A stretch of DNA of 64,000 nt from a virus: positions 1-64,000 of IMG/VR virus record IMGVR_UViG_3300045988_180412; one strand, 5' to 3'. A model generated the notes under the pieces. The model did no database searches, was not told where the DNA came from, and saw nothing but the letters and a program-made list of their open reading frames with translations. Position 1 is the stretch's first letter. The number at the start of each line of letters is the position of its first letter. Of the stretch, positions 8,816 to 18,981 are shown one piece after another. The translations under genes and the position numbers were made by a program.

Positions 8816-9123
8816 GGATTGTATCGTCGATACGGTCTGCGGATGCTACGGGGTCTCGCCGGACGAAATGCGCAGTACGTGCCGCCGCCAAAAAAATAGG
8901 CGTAGCACGTAAAATGCTGGCATATCTCTTGTATCGCTATACTCCGCACAATCATCGATGGATCGGCCTTTTCCTTCGGCGGTCATCGCGCTTCGCATCC
9001 GAAGGCATAGCACAAACACAATGGGAAATCGAACACATCCGCTCCGTAAAAGAGAATTACGAATACATTATGGATAACCTAAAACTCACAAAAGAAGATG
9101 AAGTTAACAGGAAAAATCACTAA
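8793..9123 (+). pseudogene. DnaA-C-terminal-like HTH gene split by a frame change at an A7 run (8890-8896)
   Basis: Frame 0 (ATG 8793) reads MTMKKRIEDCIVDTVCGCYGVSPDEMRSTCRRQK then stops at 8910. Frame +1 continues IGVARKMLAYLLYRYTPHNHRWIGLF... to 9123. Together they resemble the DnaA_C HTH fold also seen in the 12250-12633 product. Confidence 0.45.
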
Positions 9124-9493
9124 GGCGCTCCCGGAAATATCGGGAATGTCCAAAACAGGGAACCTTTGGCGCAAACGCGAGTATGTTTGCGTATACGATG
9201 AGACCAACGCCGCTTACCCAAAAGGCGTTTTGTTCTCGGTCATGAACGACCGCATAGACACTCTCAATATCCAAGAGGGAGGCGTTTACGAACTTGATAT
9301 AGATTTCGAGGCTCGCGAATATAACGGCCGTTGGTGGATGTCGGCTTCCGTGTGGCGTGCAACTCTGCAAGTCGGCGCAGCGCAAGCGCAAGTCCAAACA
9401 CCGCCGCCTGCACCCGTGGCTCCGCATCCGAATATCGCCCCCGAACCCGTGCAGCCCGTGTCAAGCCCTAACGGCACCGACCTGCCGTTCTAA
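9098..9493 (+). CDS. SSB-like OB-fold protein (DUF3127-type) with Pro-rich linker and C-terminal DLPF tip
   Basis: 131 aa. The C-terminal ...NGTDLPF resembles the SSB acidic tip (DDDIPF). Pro/Ala-rich linker precedes it. Sits in the replication module. Confidence 0.55.
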   Translation: MKLTGKITKALPEISGMSKTGNLWRKREYVCVYDETNAAYPKGVLFSVMNDRIDTLNIQEGGVYELDIDFEAREYNGRWWMSASVWRATLQVGAAQAQVQTPPPAPVAPHPNIAPEPVQPVSSPNGTDLPF

Positions 9494-9981
9494 GCGGTTT
9501 GCGGCTTGTCCATACAAGCCATATACCGCCATATCTTTGTCGCCGTGTCATCGCAATCTTCGTCCGCAAAGTAGAAGTTATACGCCGCTACCAATATTTG
9601 GCTGTCGTCAAGGTCGCCGCGCATATCGTGCCACATGGCGTTAAAGGCCACGTATTTGTCCCATTGGGTTACGCCTTCGGGAAAATCAAGGCCGCGCGTT
9701 GCATCCTCTATTTGCGCCACAGACCAATAAGCACCACGCCGCGTATTTCCGCCTTTGTCGGTACTGCACATTTGCCCCACATCATACGTTGCAAAGGCTT
9801 CGTTGTAGTGATGCCCGTAAAGGATTCCGCTTTGTTGGCGCATAAACGCCCAATAGACTTCCTTGTTGACGTCTTTGACGTACTGCAAAAGGTTGTCAAC
9901 GGATTTCACGGATTTTTCCATCGCGGCGTCATTCCAAACACCGTTGCGGCGTGCCTCGATTATTAAATCATTGTACCTCAT
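9490..9981 (-). CDS. hypothetical protein (last gene of the leftward late block)
   Basis: 163-aa ORF convergent with the SSB-like gene. Confidence 0.6.
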   Translation of the reverse strand: MRYNDLIIEARRNGVWNDAAMEKSVKSVDNLLQYVKDVNKEVYWAFMRQQSGILYGHHYNEAFATYDVGQMCSTDKGGNTRRGAYWSVAQIEDATRGLDFPEGVTQWDKYVAFNAMWHDMRGDLDDSQILVAAYNFYFADEDCDDTATKIWRYMACMDKPQTA

Positions 9982-10083
9982 TGTTTTATTTGTTTCGTTA
10001 GCAACCCGGACATCCTCCGTTAAACTTCGGCAACGGCTTATAGCCGCCGTTTGTTGCGGCAGGATGCTCGGGTTGTGTCGTTT

Positions 10084-10359
10084 TTATCTGTTTAGTCTTT
10101 GCCATAACCAATTATATAGTTTCTGTAAAATCATTAGCGGCAATCCCAGCCAAAAGGAGGCATAGGCCGCGAGCAGGGCAAGGGCAATAGCGGCAAACAC
10201 ATCATAGCCGCAAAGAAGTAACACCGCGAGCGTTCCCCACATTGTCGTACACTTGGGACACTGCGCTATTTTCATCGCGGTCTTGGCTATCTCCTCGGCC
10301 AACCCTAAGTGTTGCGCCATAAGCGAACATAGCGCCGCCACTATTGCCACCCACACCAT
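10084..10359 (-). CDS. small multi-pass membrane protein (holin-like topology, CPKC motif)
   Basis: 91 aa with about 3 hydrophobic segments. Confidence 0.55.
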   Translation of the reverse strand: MVWVAIVAALCSLMAQHLGLAEEIAKTAMKIAQCPKCTTMWGTLAVLLLCGYDVFAAIALALLAAYASFWLGLPLMILQKLYNWLWQRLNR

Positions 10360-10372
10360 AACTCAAACAATT

Positions 10373-10810
10373 TTAGGTCGCCGCTGTCAGCGTTAAAGGC
10401 GTTTCGCTCACAAACGACCGCGAACATTGATTTCCGCACGTTGACGCCACGACATTGACGGTTGCGCCCTGCGTAAGAGTCAAGTTAGGCGCGGTTGTCG
10501 AGTACACGGGTATCGTGAAGTCTTGCGATAGCGGCTGTTGCTTGGTACATCCGCATCCGCCTTTGCACGCTACATAGGATATTATACCTTCTACGTGCAA
10601 CGTCATTACATACTGGTTCGTCCCCACATTGCTCACTGATTTAATATTGAAACGCGGATTGAACACGGGTGTCTGTTCTACACAGGTGCTGTAACATAGC
10701 CGCTGTGTGATGTTTACCTGCACAAAGTACGGCGAGGCTACCGACCCTACGGCCAACACGGGGGTGATGCTCGCAGGCTGGATTTTGTTCTGATTGCAAT
10801 TACACGTCAT
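10373..10810 (-). CDS. hypothetical Cys-rich protein
   Basis: 145 aa (MTCNCNQ..., CKGGCGC, STCGNQCS). Confidence 0.55.
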   Translation of the reverse strand: MTCNCNQNKIQPASITPVLAVGSVASPYFVQVNITQRLCYSTCVEQTPVFNPRFNIKSVSNVGTNQYVMTLHVEGIISYVACKGGCGCTKQQPLSQDFTIPVYSTTAPNLTLTQGATVNVVASTCGNQCSRSFVSETPLTLTAAT

Positions 10811-10837
10811 AATACATTGCTTTTTAATCCCCGACTA

Positions 10838-11044
10838 CTATTTGTCTTTGCTTGTGTCCGCGCCGCAGTCGTTAGGCTCGGATGTATCGTTGACACCGAC
10901 ATTGTACAACGCCGTATGTATCTCTACCGTCAGCTTGTACAGGTCGGTGATATTGTCGTTTATCGTTTCTAACGCATAGGCCATTTGCTCGAAAATATTC
11001 CGCGGTCGGCGCTGTTGTTTGTTGTCGTCTGTTTGTGTACTCAT
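10838..11044 (-). CDS. hypothetical protein
   Basis: 68-aa ORF in the operon. Confidence 0.5.
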   Translation of the reverse strand: MSTQTDDNKQQRRPRNIFEQMAYALETINDNITDLYKLTVEIHTALYNVGVNDTSEPNDCGADTSKDK

Positions 11045-11238
11045 TTGCTTTTCAAGTAGCTGATTAATAAAAAGTTGTCTTTGTATCTCTTTAATGCTTC
11101 CGCCAGTTTCTCGGCGGTTATGGCTATGCCTTGCTTACGCTTTTCATCTACAAACAGATAGAAGTCTTTTGCAAGGTTTTCCGCATTTTCGGCGCTGTCG
11201 GCATACACGGGTATGGTTATATTATACTGTTGCATCAT
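11041..11238 (-). CDS. hypothetical protein
   Basis: 65-aa ORF with 4-nt overlaps to its neighbours. Confidence 0.5.
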   Translation of the reverse strand: MMQQYNITIPVYADSAENAENLAKDFYLFVDEKRKQGIAITAEKLAEALKRYKDNFLLISYLKSK

Positions 11239-11578
11239 TCATCGGTGTTAGTGGCGGAATATCTTTCGCAGGCGGCGCTATCGGCGTTACGGGCTGCCCC
11301 GACCGTGCTTGCCGTATGAAACTCCAAACGTTCATCAAGTCGTTTTGATTGTCTTTGACCCAACCGAAGATACTGCCTACGGCTTGTTGTGCCTGTTGTA
11401 TCATTGTCGGCTTCTCTGTCGGAAAATCGGGTAATTCTCCTACGCCGTCCGCAAGAAAGTCATACAGCTCTTTGGCTCGCTTGACATCTCCGTTTACGGC
11501 TTGCAAACAGGACATCTTCATCGCCATTTTGGATGTGGGATTTATCATCGTCAAGTCAATCTTTTTGCGGAAAAACAT
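11222..11578 (-). CDS. hypothetical protein
   Basis: 118-aa ORF. Confidence 0.55.
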   Translation of the reverse strand: MFFRKKIDLTMINPTSKMAMKMSCLQAVNGDVKRAKELYDFLADGVGELPDFPTEKPTMIQQAQQAVGSIFGWVKDNQNDLMNVWSFIRQARSGQPVTPIAPPAKDIPPLTPMNDATV

Positions 11579-11654
11579 GTTTTATGGTGTGTAAATCAAG
11601 AGAGCATGGACAAACCTAAAAAAAACGGCCTGCCCATGCACTCCTTGTCGTGCT

Positions 11655-12182
11655 TTAACCCTCGCAAGTGCTGTCGCATCCGCATAAGCGGCTACCGCTT
11701 ACACGCGCAACTCGCAGATAGTTACATCCGCCTATCGCCGAATTTACCCCGCTGTTGCCGTTCATTGCGTAAGCAAGGGCTTCTGCCGTGGCAAGCGCGT
11801 TGGCTGCGGCTGTGCCGCCCGTGCCGAGTGCGCTCGAATTGTTGCGCAACGTCTGCTGCACATCAACATCGATGCTGTCTCGGCGGTTGGCCTCTCGGCT
11901 CACAATATCCGCCAATAGCGAAAGGGTCTTGGAATTGGCTTCCGACTGATTTTCCGCACCGCGTGCGCGTGCTTTGGAGGCTTGATTGAGACCCCAAAGA
12001 CCGGCGGCGGCAAGCAATAGCGCACCACCACCCAAACCTGCGGCAAGACCTACGCCCGTAACGGCTGTGCCGTGGCTGTCGCGACGTCCGCCGTAATACG
12101 GCTCACAGAAGTTGCCTGCACGGGATGTCCGCGCGGATTCCCACATTGCGAGGTCGCCCGAAGTTATGAAATTGTTTTCCAT
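11655..12182 (-). CDS. Gly/Ala-rich membrane protein (glycine-zipper-like helix)
   Basis: 175 aa. Central segment is GVGLAAGLGGGALLLAAAGLWGL. Confidence 0.55.
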   Translation of the reverse strand: MENNFITSGDLAMWESARTSRAGNFCEPYYGGRRDSHGTAVTGVGLAAGLGGGALLLAAAGLWGLNQASKARARGAENQSEANSKTLSLLADIVSREANRRDSIDVDVQQTLRNNSSALGTGGTAAANALATAEALAYAMNGNSGVNSAIGGCNYLRVARVSGSRLCGCDSTCEG

Positions 12183-12249
12183 AGCGATTTTTTTTAAGTG
12201 CGGCCAACATCGACCGACTTCGCAAAGGTAGCTATGACTAAGCCTTATG

Positions 12250-12633
12250 TCAACAGTTCTTTTCTATCCACTTTCGCATTTTATTCCTTACCGCTTCGTA
12301 ATTACTTCGCATAAGCGTGTTGCCGCGCAAACGCTCCTCAAAAGTCGTAAGAACATAATGCACGTTCCGCTCGCTTATGCCCATATATTCCGATATGCGC
12401 GGCACATAAACCCCTAAGTCATACATGGTCTTGATTGCTATATGTCGCGCATCTACCGTCTCGCGAATACGCGATTTGGATGTTATAACCCTTGTGCCGG
12501 TCTCTGTCGCCTCTGCCGCCGCTTCCATTACGGCTTCGATTATCTCACTACTCGTCATCGCTGAATTGTTAAAAACGGACGCGGCACAAAACAAATACGC
12601 AGCGCCCCGTGTTAAGGATTTACACACACACAT
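12250..12633 (-). CDS. DnaA-C-terminal-like HTH protein (ATG 12558 is an alternative start)
   Basis: SKSRIRETVDARHIAIKTMYDLGVYVPRISEYMGISERNVHYVL matches the DnaA domain IV pattern. Confidence 0.6.
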   Translation of the reverse strand: MCVCKSLTRGAAYLFCAASVFNNSAMTSSEIIEAVMEAAAEATETGTRVITSKSRIRETVDARHIAIKTMYDLGVYVPRISEYMGISERNVHYVLTTFEERLRGNTLMRSNYEAVRNKMRKWIEKNC

Positions 12634-12697
12634 AGTCTTACGGTATTTATGTGGGTAAACCCTATGACGCGGAACACTGCGTTGTGGGGTTTATTCG

Positions 12698-15600
12698 TTA
12701 AAGATTAGCCGCTACCCATTGCTTGGTCGTCTCGTCAAATTTATAGATACCCGTGGCATCGACTTTCAGTCCGAAGTTGCCTGCTCGCATAACCAATTTC
12801 CCTTCTTTACATAGAAAGGTTGTAGTTCCCCACGTGAAACGCACTCCGTCATTGCCTATGTTGTTGCCGGGAGACTCTCCGTAGCGCCCGTAGCCTTTGA
12901 CGTTCAGCGTCGATGGCGTAAGCTGCTCCGTAAAACTGCTCGTGGGTATGGTCGCGGCTGTGGTCGCAAGAATTATCGCGTATGTCCCGGCACTGCTTAC
13001 AACTTCGCTAAACGAACAAGCCGCACGATACGAATCGCCGTTCTTGGTTAATTGCAACATGCGCTCTTTGTACAACTGACCGTCTCGCGTAATTCGCGCA
13101 ACGACAGCACCGGACATAATGGTGTCTGGCATCGGGATGTCAAGGGTTATGGACGCCGAAATGGCCGAACCCGCCGTGAGCGGCTGGTCGCCGACCGCAA
13201 TAGTCGTAAGCGTTTTATTATCAAGGTATGCTCCATCGGGCAATGCGATCGACCCCATATCACCTGAGTTTTCCACTCGCTTATATGATATTGATACGGT
13301 CTTGGTCTGATTGAGGCTTACACTGCTTTGGCTCTCACTCGTAACATCGTCCCCGATGCTCTGATTGGTGATACGCAACAGGGTGTCGCCCGTATCGATG
13401 TCTTGCAGTTTCAGCCCTTCATCGTCCAGAATGACATTCTTGCCTACTTCCATAGTGTTCACTCCGAAACGGACGGTGTTATTGGCGGCGTAGGCCGTGC
13501 CGTCGGCTCGCACAAGAAATTTGGCCGCATTGGCCGATGCCGTGGGCTTGGCGGCATCTTCCATGACACCGCCTGCCCATAGCATAACGGCGCCGCCGCC
13601 GCCCCAAAGTCCGTTTATGCCTGCCCTGACGGTATAACCGCTTGTCGTCTTTTCGCCGACTTGTATCAAGGATGACAGTACCAAACCGCCGCTTACCGTT
13701 GTGCTTTGTCCTAACGCCTTGGTGATATAGTCCATATCGGTTACGCGGTCGGCACTGTCATGATTGTTGGGGCACCACGCTGTCGCTTTCTTGCCTTTTT
13801 CTATCTTGGGCTGCGAGATGTACACCGTGCCGTTGCGCTGTAAGTATATTCGCATAAACGCCCATTTGCCGGTCTCGGCGACCGTAAAGGTTCGCTCTAT
13901 TCTTACCCATTGACCTGCCGTAAGGTTGGGCTTGATTTGCACAGTGGTCGAATTGGCTACATTATAGTCTGATGTCGAACTGCCTATTACCATATTAACG
14001 GCATAATCAAGCGCGGACAGGTCATCACAACGCACATACACGCTTGCGGTATATTGTTCGCCGGGCGTTATAAGCAATGTGTCGGGCGTATACCACCCCC
14101 ATTGCACCATGCCGTAATATTTATCGGACGTGTTTCCGCTCGCGCTGAGTTTTACACTGTTGTATCCGTTGTGCTTGTATGCCTTATCGGTTATTACGGT
14201 CGCAATATTGCCGTTACTCGTCCAGCCTTTGCTGCCGCCCTCAAAGGCGCTGTTATACAGCATGTTCTCGCCTACATACGGCGCGTTGTCATAGACATAC
14301 TCGCCTATGCTTTGATTGCCGACTTTGCTCGTTACTTCAAGTGTGCAGTTGGTCGTTATCTTGCCGTCCAGCATCTCTAAGTATTGGTCGCCTTTATCGC
14401 CTATGAAGAAACGCGGCTTGCCGCCGTAAACACCCGTTTGCCGTCCGACATAGTAATACTCGTCCCCTGCCGCATCAACGCTGTCAAGACCCTCTATATA
14501 GCGCTCATAGCCGCCGCCGATAACGTCTCGAACTTTGACGTATTGACGCTCGGCATTGGTGTAGTTGCCGTATTGTACAAGTGTGTCGCCCGCACTCGGA
14601 ATGCCCGTGCCGTTGGTGATTGTCCCCGATAGGGTCAGATTGTCCAACCCTACGGCTGTCACTTTGCGCTTGTAGGTCTTTATGGTCTTATTCTGAGCAT
14701 CATAGCGCGTGCAATAGGCTACATCGCCAACCTCAAAAAGATTGGCTACACTGCCGCTTCGCTGGTCAAAATAGCATATGTAATCGCTGCCGCTCTTGAC
14801 CACGGAGTATACTTCCATATTGGCCGCACTTTCTATGATTGTACCACCACGCGCCGTTATTTGGTTGATAACGAGTGTGTTAACCTTTAATTCTCGCCGC
14901 GTTACAATATTGTCGGCCTCTAAAACCCATTCGCCGTTGGCGTTTTTATAAAAACCCCAGCCCGTGCCGTCAACGTTGCCCTTGCGAAAGTCGTCGCTCG
15001 TAAGCAAGGAGGCAAATTGTGTCGGCGATATACTTATGTCGCGTACACCGTCTTTACGCAGATATAGCTTATCGCCAATGGCGCGTACTATCTGCTCGGT
15101 GTTGCCTAACGACCCTAAACGCTTCTGTATTTCTTCTACGCTGTCGCTTAGCAAGGCGACACTGCTTGCCGAAGTCTCGTATTTATCGCTCAACACAATC
15201 TCTAAATCGGGCAACGGACTGCCGTCAACGTTAAAGGTCTTGGTGATGCTCTGTATGTACAGCGTCTCATACGACTTGTCGATTATCAGCTTGGGGTCGC
15301 GCAATCTAACGGTACAACCCTCGCGTATCTGCTCGAAAAGGGTGTATTCTCCTAAGCCCTCATCGTTCATGCGTACTTTGTCGGTCGTTACAACCCATGT
15401 CGGCTTGATATTGGCCGTGTCTTTGAGCTTTTCTTCTTTGTATTGTCGTAAGCGCTTTTCTGCCCATAGGGTATAGTCGTGCGTCATCTCCGTGCCGATA
15501 AACACAAAGTGGTCGCCTGCCTTGCCTTGCTGTTTTGTGTTCGGAACGTACATCCCCGTACTCTCTAAGTCTGCATCACTCTTGGCCAGCGTTATGCGCC

Positions 15601-17479
15601 AATGACTCGATACGCCGTTTAGGGTCTTACTCGTGTCGTAAACGGGGTATTGGGTGATTACAAATTCATAGTCATCACTGATGGCCAGCCGCCCGTCCGT
15701 AAACATCATCTTGGCTTCGCCGCCAGTCCTATCGCCTAATATCGGCTTCCAAACTCGCTCGGAGTATTGCTCGGGCGTTTCTTTCGCGTTCTTGGCGCTG
15801 CCCCAAATGTTCTTAACCCATACGTCAAAGGTGTTGCCCCAACCGTTATCGGCATCGTCGGCTATGGTGAGCTGTCCGCTCGTAATACCGACATCTACGG
15901 TTATGGCCTTGTCTTTAACCAACGAGGTTACGGACACGGTACATTCATAGTACCACTCGCCTGCAGTCAATCCGCCTGCGCTATGCTCTGCACCGCCACC
16001 TGCGGGATAACACTTTATTACATAGTTTGTTATCTGTGCGCTCTTGGCAATGTTAAGGTCGGCGGCGGTGTCATCCCAATCTCTTAGTAACGCGAACATT
16101 GTCGAGTCTCTTACTCGCACTATCTTGGGCGAAATATCCAAATTGGCGGTCTTGCCCTGCGGTACGCTAAATGTGCCGTTGCTGCGTATAATGACGCTCT
16201 TGGTCGCTGTGGCGGGCAGGTCGCTTAGGGTTACGCTTTTGGGGTCGCTTAGGTTTACAAGCTGCGCCTCGCCTTTGGCGGAGGCCTTGTAGTCATCTGT
16301 CGTTACTTGCTCGATGTAGACGGCTTCGTCTATGCGCCCGTAAGGATCTACAATTATTCCTTGTATGGTCGGGTATATGCCGGTGGCGTTTTCTAACCCG
16401 TGCCACAGCTCTCCGTATTTTTCTATGCTTTCATCGTCTTTGACGTATTCCACGGGGTCGAATTTGGTGTCTGTATGGCCTTTCTTGTATGCCCAATCAC
16501 TCTCGCCGCGCGTTGCGTCATAAGTCTCTACGGATATGGCTTTTTTTGTACTCTTGTCGATTATGGCTTTGCCGTTTAGGTCGGTCAGCTGTCTGTTCGC
16601 ATTGGTTTTCCAGCCTTGTACGTAACAACGGAAGTTGTAATCCCTTAGCGCGTCAAAGTATATATTGGCCAATTCGGGTATCCAATCGGGGTCGGGACGG
16701 AAGTCGGGGTTGTTTTCGTCGATGTCCTTAAAGTATCTAAACGGCAGATTTTCTTCGCCGCCACGACCTAAAAGAATGTTGTATAATCCGTCATCCTGCA
16801 CTTGCCGCTCGATTTTCAGCAGGCCGCCGTCAAAACCGTATTGGAAAATATGGTCTAATTCGGTGGCGGCATAGCCTATCTTAATGACATACCGCTCGCC
16901 GCTCGGCTTATGATTGTTGTTGTCGCTTGCAGCTTCTATCGTCCAACGCACTCCGTAAAGTTCGTATATCTTGGTGATTACATCCCATATATGCGAGTAA
17001 CTGATGTTTACGGTTACGGCATCCGTATGACTCGCCGCCGCACTTGCGTCTAATTTTACCTTAATCTTTTCGCCGAAGTTGCGCTGTAAGACTTGCCCGA
17101 GCAAGTCGGCGAAGTCTTTAAGGTTTAGCGATACGGGAACAATGTATTTGTCTGCAACGGCTGTCCCCGTATCGGTGGGCTGTATGGTCGTGAAATATTT
17201 ATTTTTCAATTGGTATATAGCCCAATGCTGAAATGTCATCTCGCCCGAGACGTCAAACGAGGTGTTCCCTTTGCTTACCCCGGGTTCTTTTAACGGCATA
17301 ATATATTTCTCGCCGCGATATTCCAACACCCAGTCATACGGCGCTATCAACTCGTCTGATTGATACTCGATTTGCGCCGTTGCGGTTATGGTCTTTTCGC
17401 CCATATCCACACAGCTCGCCTTGACCTCGCCTCTAAGCACAATGTCCGAAGGCAACAGTAATATCTTGACTTGTTCCAT
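12698..17479 (-). CDS. large distal tail / host-specificity protein (Tal-like, with carbohydrate-binding-like C-terminal region)
   Basis: 1593-aa ORF immediately after the Dit-like gene (ATGA-type overlap). Call rests on size and position. Confidence 0.75.
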   Translation of the reverse strand: MEQVKILLLPSDIVLRGEVKASCVDMGEKTITATAQIEYQSDELIAPYDWVLEYRGEKYIMPLKEPGVSKGNTSFDVSGEMTFQHWAIYQLKNKYFTTIQPTDTGTAVADKYIVPVSLNLKDFADLLGQVLQRNFGEKIKVKLDASAAASHTDAVTVNISYSHIWDVITKIYELYGVRWTIEAASDNNNHKPSGERYVIKIGYAATELDHIFQYGFDGGLLKIERQVQDDGLYNILLGRGGEENLPFRYFKDIDENNPDFRPDPDWIPELANIYFDALRDYNFRCYVQGWKTNANRQLTDLNGKAIIDKSTKKAISVETYDATRGESDWAYKKGHTDTKFDPVEYVKDDESIEKYGELWHGLENATGIYPTIQGIIVDPYGRIDEAVYIEQVTTDDYKASAKGEAQLVNLSDPKSVTLSDLPATATKSVIIRSNGTFSVPQGKTANLDISPKIVRVRDSTMFALLRDWDDTAADLNIAKSAQITNYVIKCYPAGGGAEHSAGGLTAGEWYYECTVSVTSLVKDKAITVDVGITSGQLTIADDADNGWGNTFDVWVKNIWGSAKNAKETPEQYSERVWKPILGDRTGGEAKMMFTDGRLAISDDYEFVITQYPVYDTSKTLNGVSSHWRITLAKSDADLESTGMYVPNTKQQGKAGDHFVFIGTEMTHDYTLWAEKRLRQYKEEKLKDTANIKPTWVVTTDKVRMNDEGLGEYTLFEQIREGCTVRLRDPKLIIDKSYETLYIQSITKTFNVDGSPLPDLEIVLSDKYETSASSVALLSDSVEEIQKRLGSLGNTEQIVRAIGDKLYLRKDGVRDISISPTQFASLLTSDDFRKGNVDGTGWGFYKNANGEWVLEADNIVTRRELKVNTLVINQITARGGTIIESAANMEVYSVVKSGSDYICYFDQRSGSVANLFEVGDVAYCTRYDAQNKTIKTYKRKVTAVGLDNLTLSGTITNGTGIPSAGDTLVQYGNYTNAERQYVKVRDVIGGGYERYIEGLDSVDAAGDEYYYVGRQTGVYGGKPRFFIGDKGDQYLEMLDGKITTNCTLEVTSKVGNQSIGEYVYDNAPYVGENMLYNSAFEGGSKGWTSNGNIATVITDKAYKHNGYNSVKLSASGNTSDKYYGMVQWGWYTPDTLLITPGEQYTASVYVRCDDLSALDYAVNMVIGSSTSDYNVANSTTVQIKPNLTAGQWVRIERTFTVAETGKWAFMRIYLQRNGTVYISQPKIEKGKKATAWCPNNHDSADRVTDMDYITKALGQSTTVSGGLVLSSLIQVGEKTTSGYTVRAGINGLWGGGGAVMLWAGGVMEDAAKPTASANAAKFLVRADGTAYAANNTVRFGVNTMEVGKNVILDDEGLKLQDIDTGDTLLRITNQSIGDDVTSESQSSVSLNQTKTVSISYKRVENSGDMGSIALPDGAYLDNKTLTTIAVGDQPLTAGSAISASITLDIPMPDTIMSGAVVARITRDGQLYKERMLQLTKNGDSYRAACSFSEVVSSAGTYAIILATTAATIPTSSFTEQLTPSTLNVKGYGRYGESPGNNIGNDGVRFTWGTTTFLCKEGKLVMRAGNFGLKVDATGIYKFDETTKQWVAANL

Positions 17480-18981
17480 TATTTGGCTCGCTTAAATACC
17501 ACGTTTGAATTTGTCCCCTCGCGGAGATTGAATATCATAAATTCCATCTTGCCCTCGGCTATATAACTGGTGTATGACATAGTCATGGGGACATCATTCT
17601 CCGCAGCCTGATAATCTGTAACTTTACCCGTTTCGTCTTTTTGCACCCAGTACGGTGCATTTCCGTAAGCCCGCGTTGTGCCGCTTACGCTGTCACCCCT
17701 GCGCAACGGAATGGTTACGTAGCGCAGATAATCGTGCGCCGCAACATTGCCGTTGGACGCCATAACGCCTATCGTGCCGTTAACCGTCTCAAAACGCACC
17801 TCATCGGCATTGTGCTTCACCACAGCGTAACATCCGTCTTTGCCCTCACGGACATTAAACGTGAAGTACACCGTGTCGTCATACTCGGATATGTATACAA
17901 ACGGCTCAAACGCATCTCCACGCGGCTGTTTGTAAGCCAGCGCCTTGCCGCTCGCGTCCGTAACCACCCAGTGCGGTGCATTTCCGTAAGCCCGCGTTGT
18001 GCCGCTTACGCTGTCACCCCTGCGCAACGGAATGGTTACGTAGCGCAGATAATCGTGCGCCGCAACATTGCCGTTGGACGCCATAACGCCTATCGTGCCG
18101 TTAACCGTCTCAAAACGCACCTCATCGGCATTGTGCTTCACCACAGCGTAACATCCGTCTTTGCCCTCACGGACATTAAACGTGAAGTACACCGTGTCGT
18201 CATACTCGGATATGTATACAAACGGCTCAAACGCATCTCCACGCGGCTGTTTGTAAGCCAGCGCCTTGCCGCTCGCGTCCGTAACCACCCAGTGCGGTGC
18301 ATTTCCGTAAGCCCGCGTTGTGCCGCTTACGCTGTCGCCCTTGCGCAACGGAATGGTTATATGTCGCAAATTGGGATGGCTATAAATTTTGCCTAATGTC
18401 GTGCCGTCTGGCAATACAGCGGGCAGGGTTTGGGTCGTCAACGCCACCGCACCACTCTCTGCATCGGTGGTGTTGTATAGTACCTCGGGCATCCCGTCTG
18501 TGTTCCGCTCTGTTGCCCATACACATTCTTTTGGATTGGCTACGTGTATCGTCAACTCAAACGCTATCCAGTCGCTTCCGCCGTAACTGCCTGTATGATA
18601 CACTTCTGTCGGCTCGCTTACGGGCTTGGGATAACCCACAATCTTTACTCTGTTGAGGTCGTTGTATAGCGTTACTTTTTGAGCATATAGCATACCGCCC
18701 TGACCGCGATTGAATAGCAATTTATTGAAGTCGTCTATCTTATTGTTGACGCTCTTGAAGTTGCCGTTGGGAGCTTCTACAAGGAATTTTACCTTGTAGT
18801 CAAAAGGAACCTCTATCGTGCGCGTGTCGATAAATTCTACGCTGTCCTCAACGTATTTGGTCGTGGTGTAATCTTGTATGTCGGGCGCTGTCCGCTCATC
18901 GGCATCCAAATACACAAAACCGTATTTGTCGTAGGCATCGTATATCTCTCCTTTACCTATCTGTATCCTTGCCCTAATCAT
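17479..18981 (-). CDS. distal tail protein (Dit-like) carrying three tandem 107-aa insertion domains
   Basis: 500 aa. The N-terminal ~165 aa is typical of siphovirus tail-family proteins. It is followed by 3 near-identical 107-aa repeats (LRYVTIPLRRGDSVSGTTRAYGNAP...). Confidence 0.7.
   Translation of the reverse strand: MIRARIQIGKGEIYDAYDKYGFVYLDADERTAPDIQDYTTTKYVEDSVEFIDTRTIEVPFDYKVKFLVEAPNGNFKSVNNKIDDFNKLLFNRGQGGMLYAQKVTLYNDLNRVKIVGYPKPVSEPTEVYHTGSYGGSDWIAFELTIHVANPKECVWATERNTDGMPEVLYNTTDAESGAVALTTQTLPAVLPDGTTLGKIYSHPNLRHITIPLRKGDSVSGTTRAYGNAPHWVVTDASGKALAYKQPRGDAFEPFVYISEYDDTVYFTFNVREGKDGCYAVVKHNADEVRFETVNGTIGVMASNGNVAAHDYLRYVTIPLRRGDSVSGTTRAYGNAPHWVVTDASGKALAYKQPRGDAFEPFVYISEYDDTVYFTFNVREGKDGCYAVVKHNADEVRFETVNGTIGVMASNGNVAAHDYLRYVTIPLRRGDSVSGTTRAYGNAPYWVQKDETGKVTDYQAAENDVPMTMSYTSYIAEGKMEFMIFNLREGTNSNVVFKRAK
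17646..18352 (-). repeat. 2.2 copies of a 321-bp tandem direct repeat, identical by eye over two full units
   Basis: GGTGCATTTCCGTAAGCCCGCG... recurs at 17655, 17976 and 18297. Units 1 and 2 read identically. Unit 3 diverges after ~55 nt. Confidence 0.9.

Noticed and set aside
17479-18981. Diversity-generating retroelement (template/variable repeat) as the explanation for the 321-bp repeats
   Set aside because: The copies are identical rather than differing at adenines, and no reverse transcriptase gene is visible in the window.
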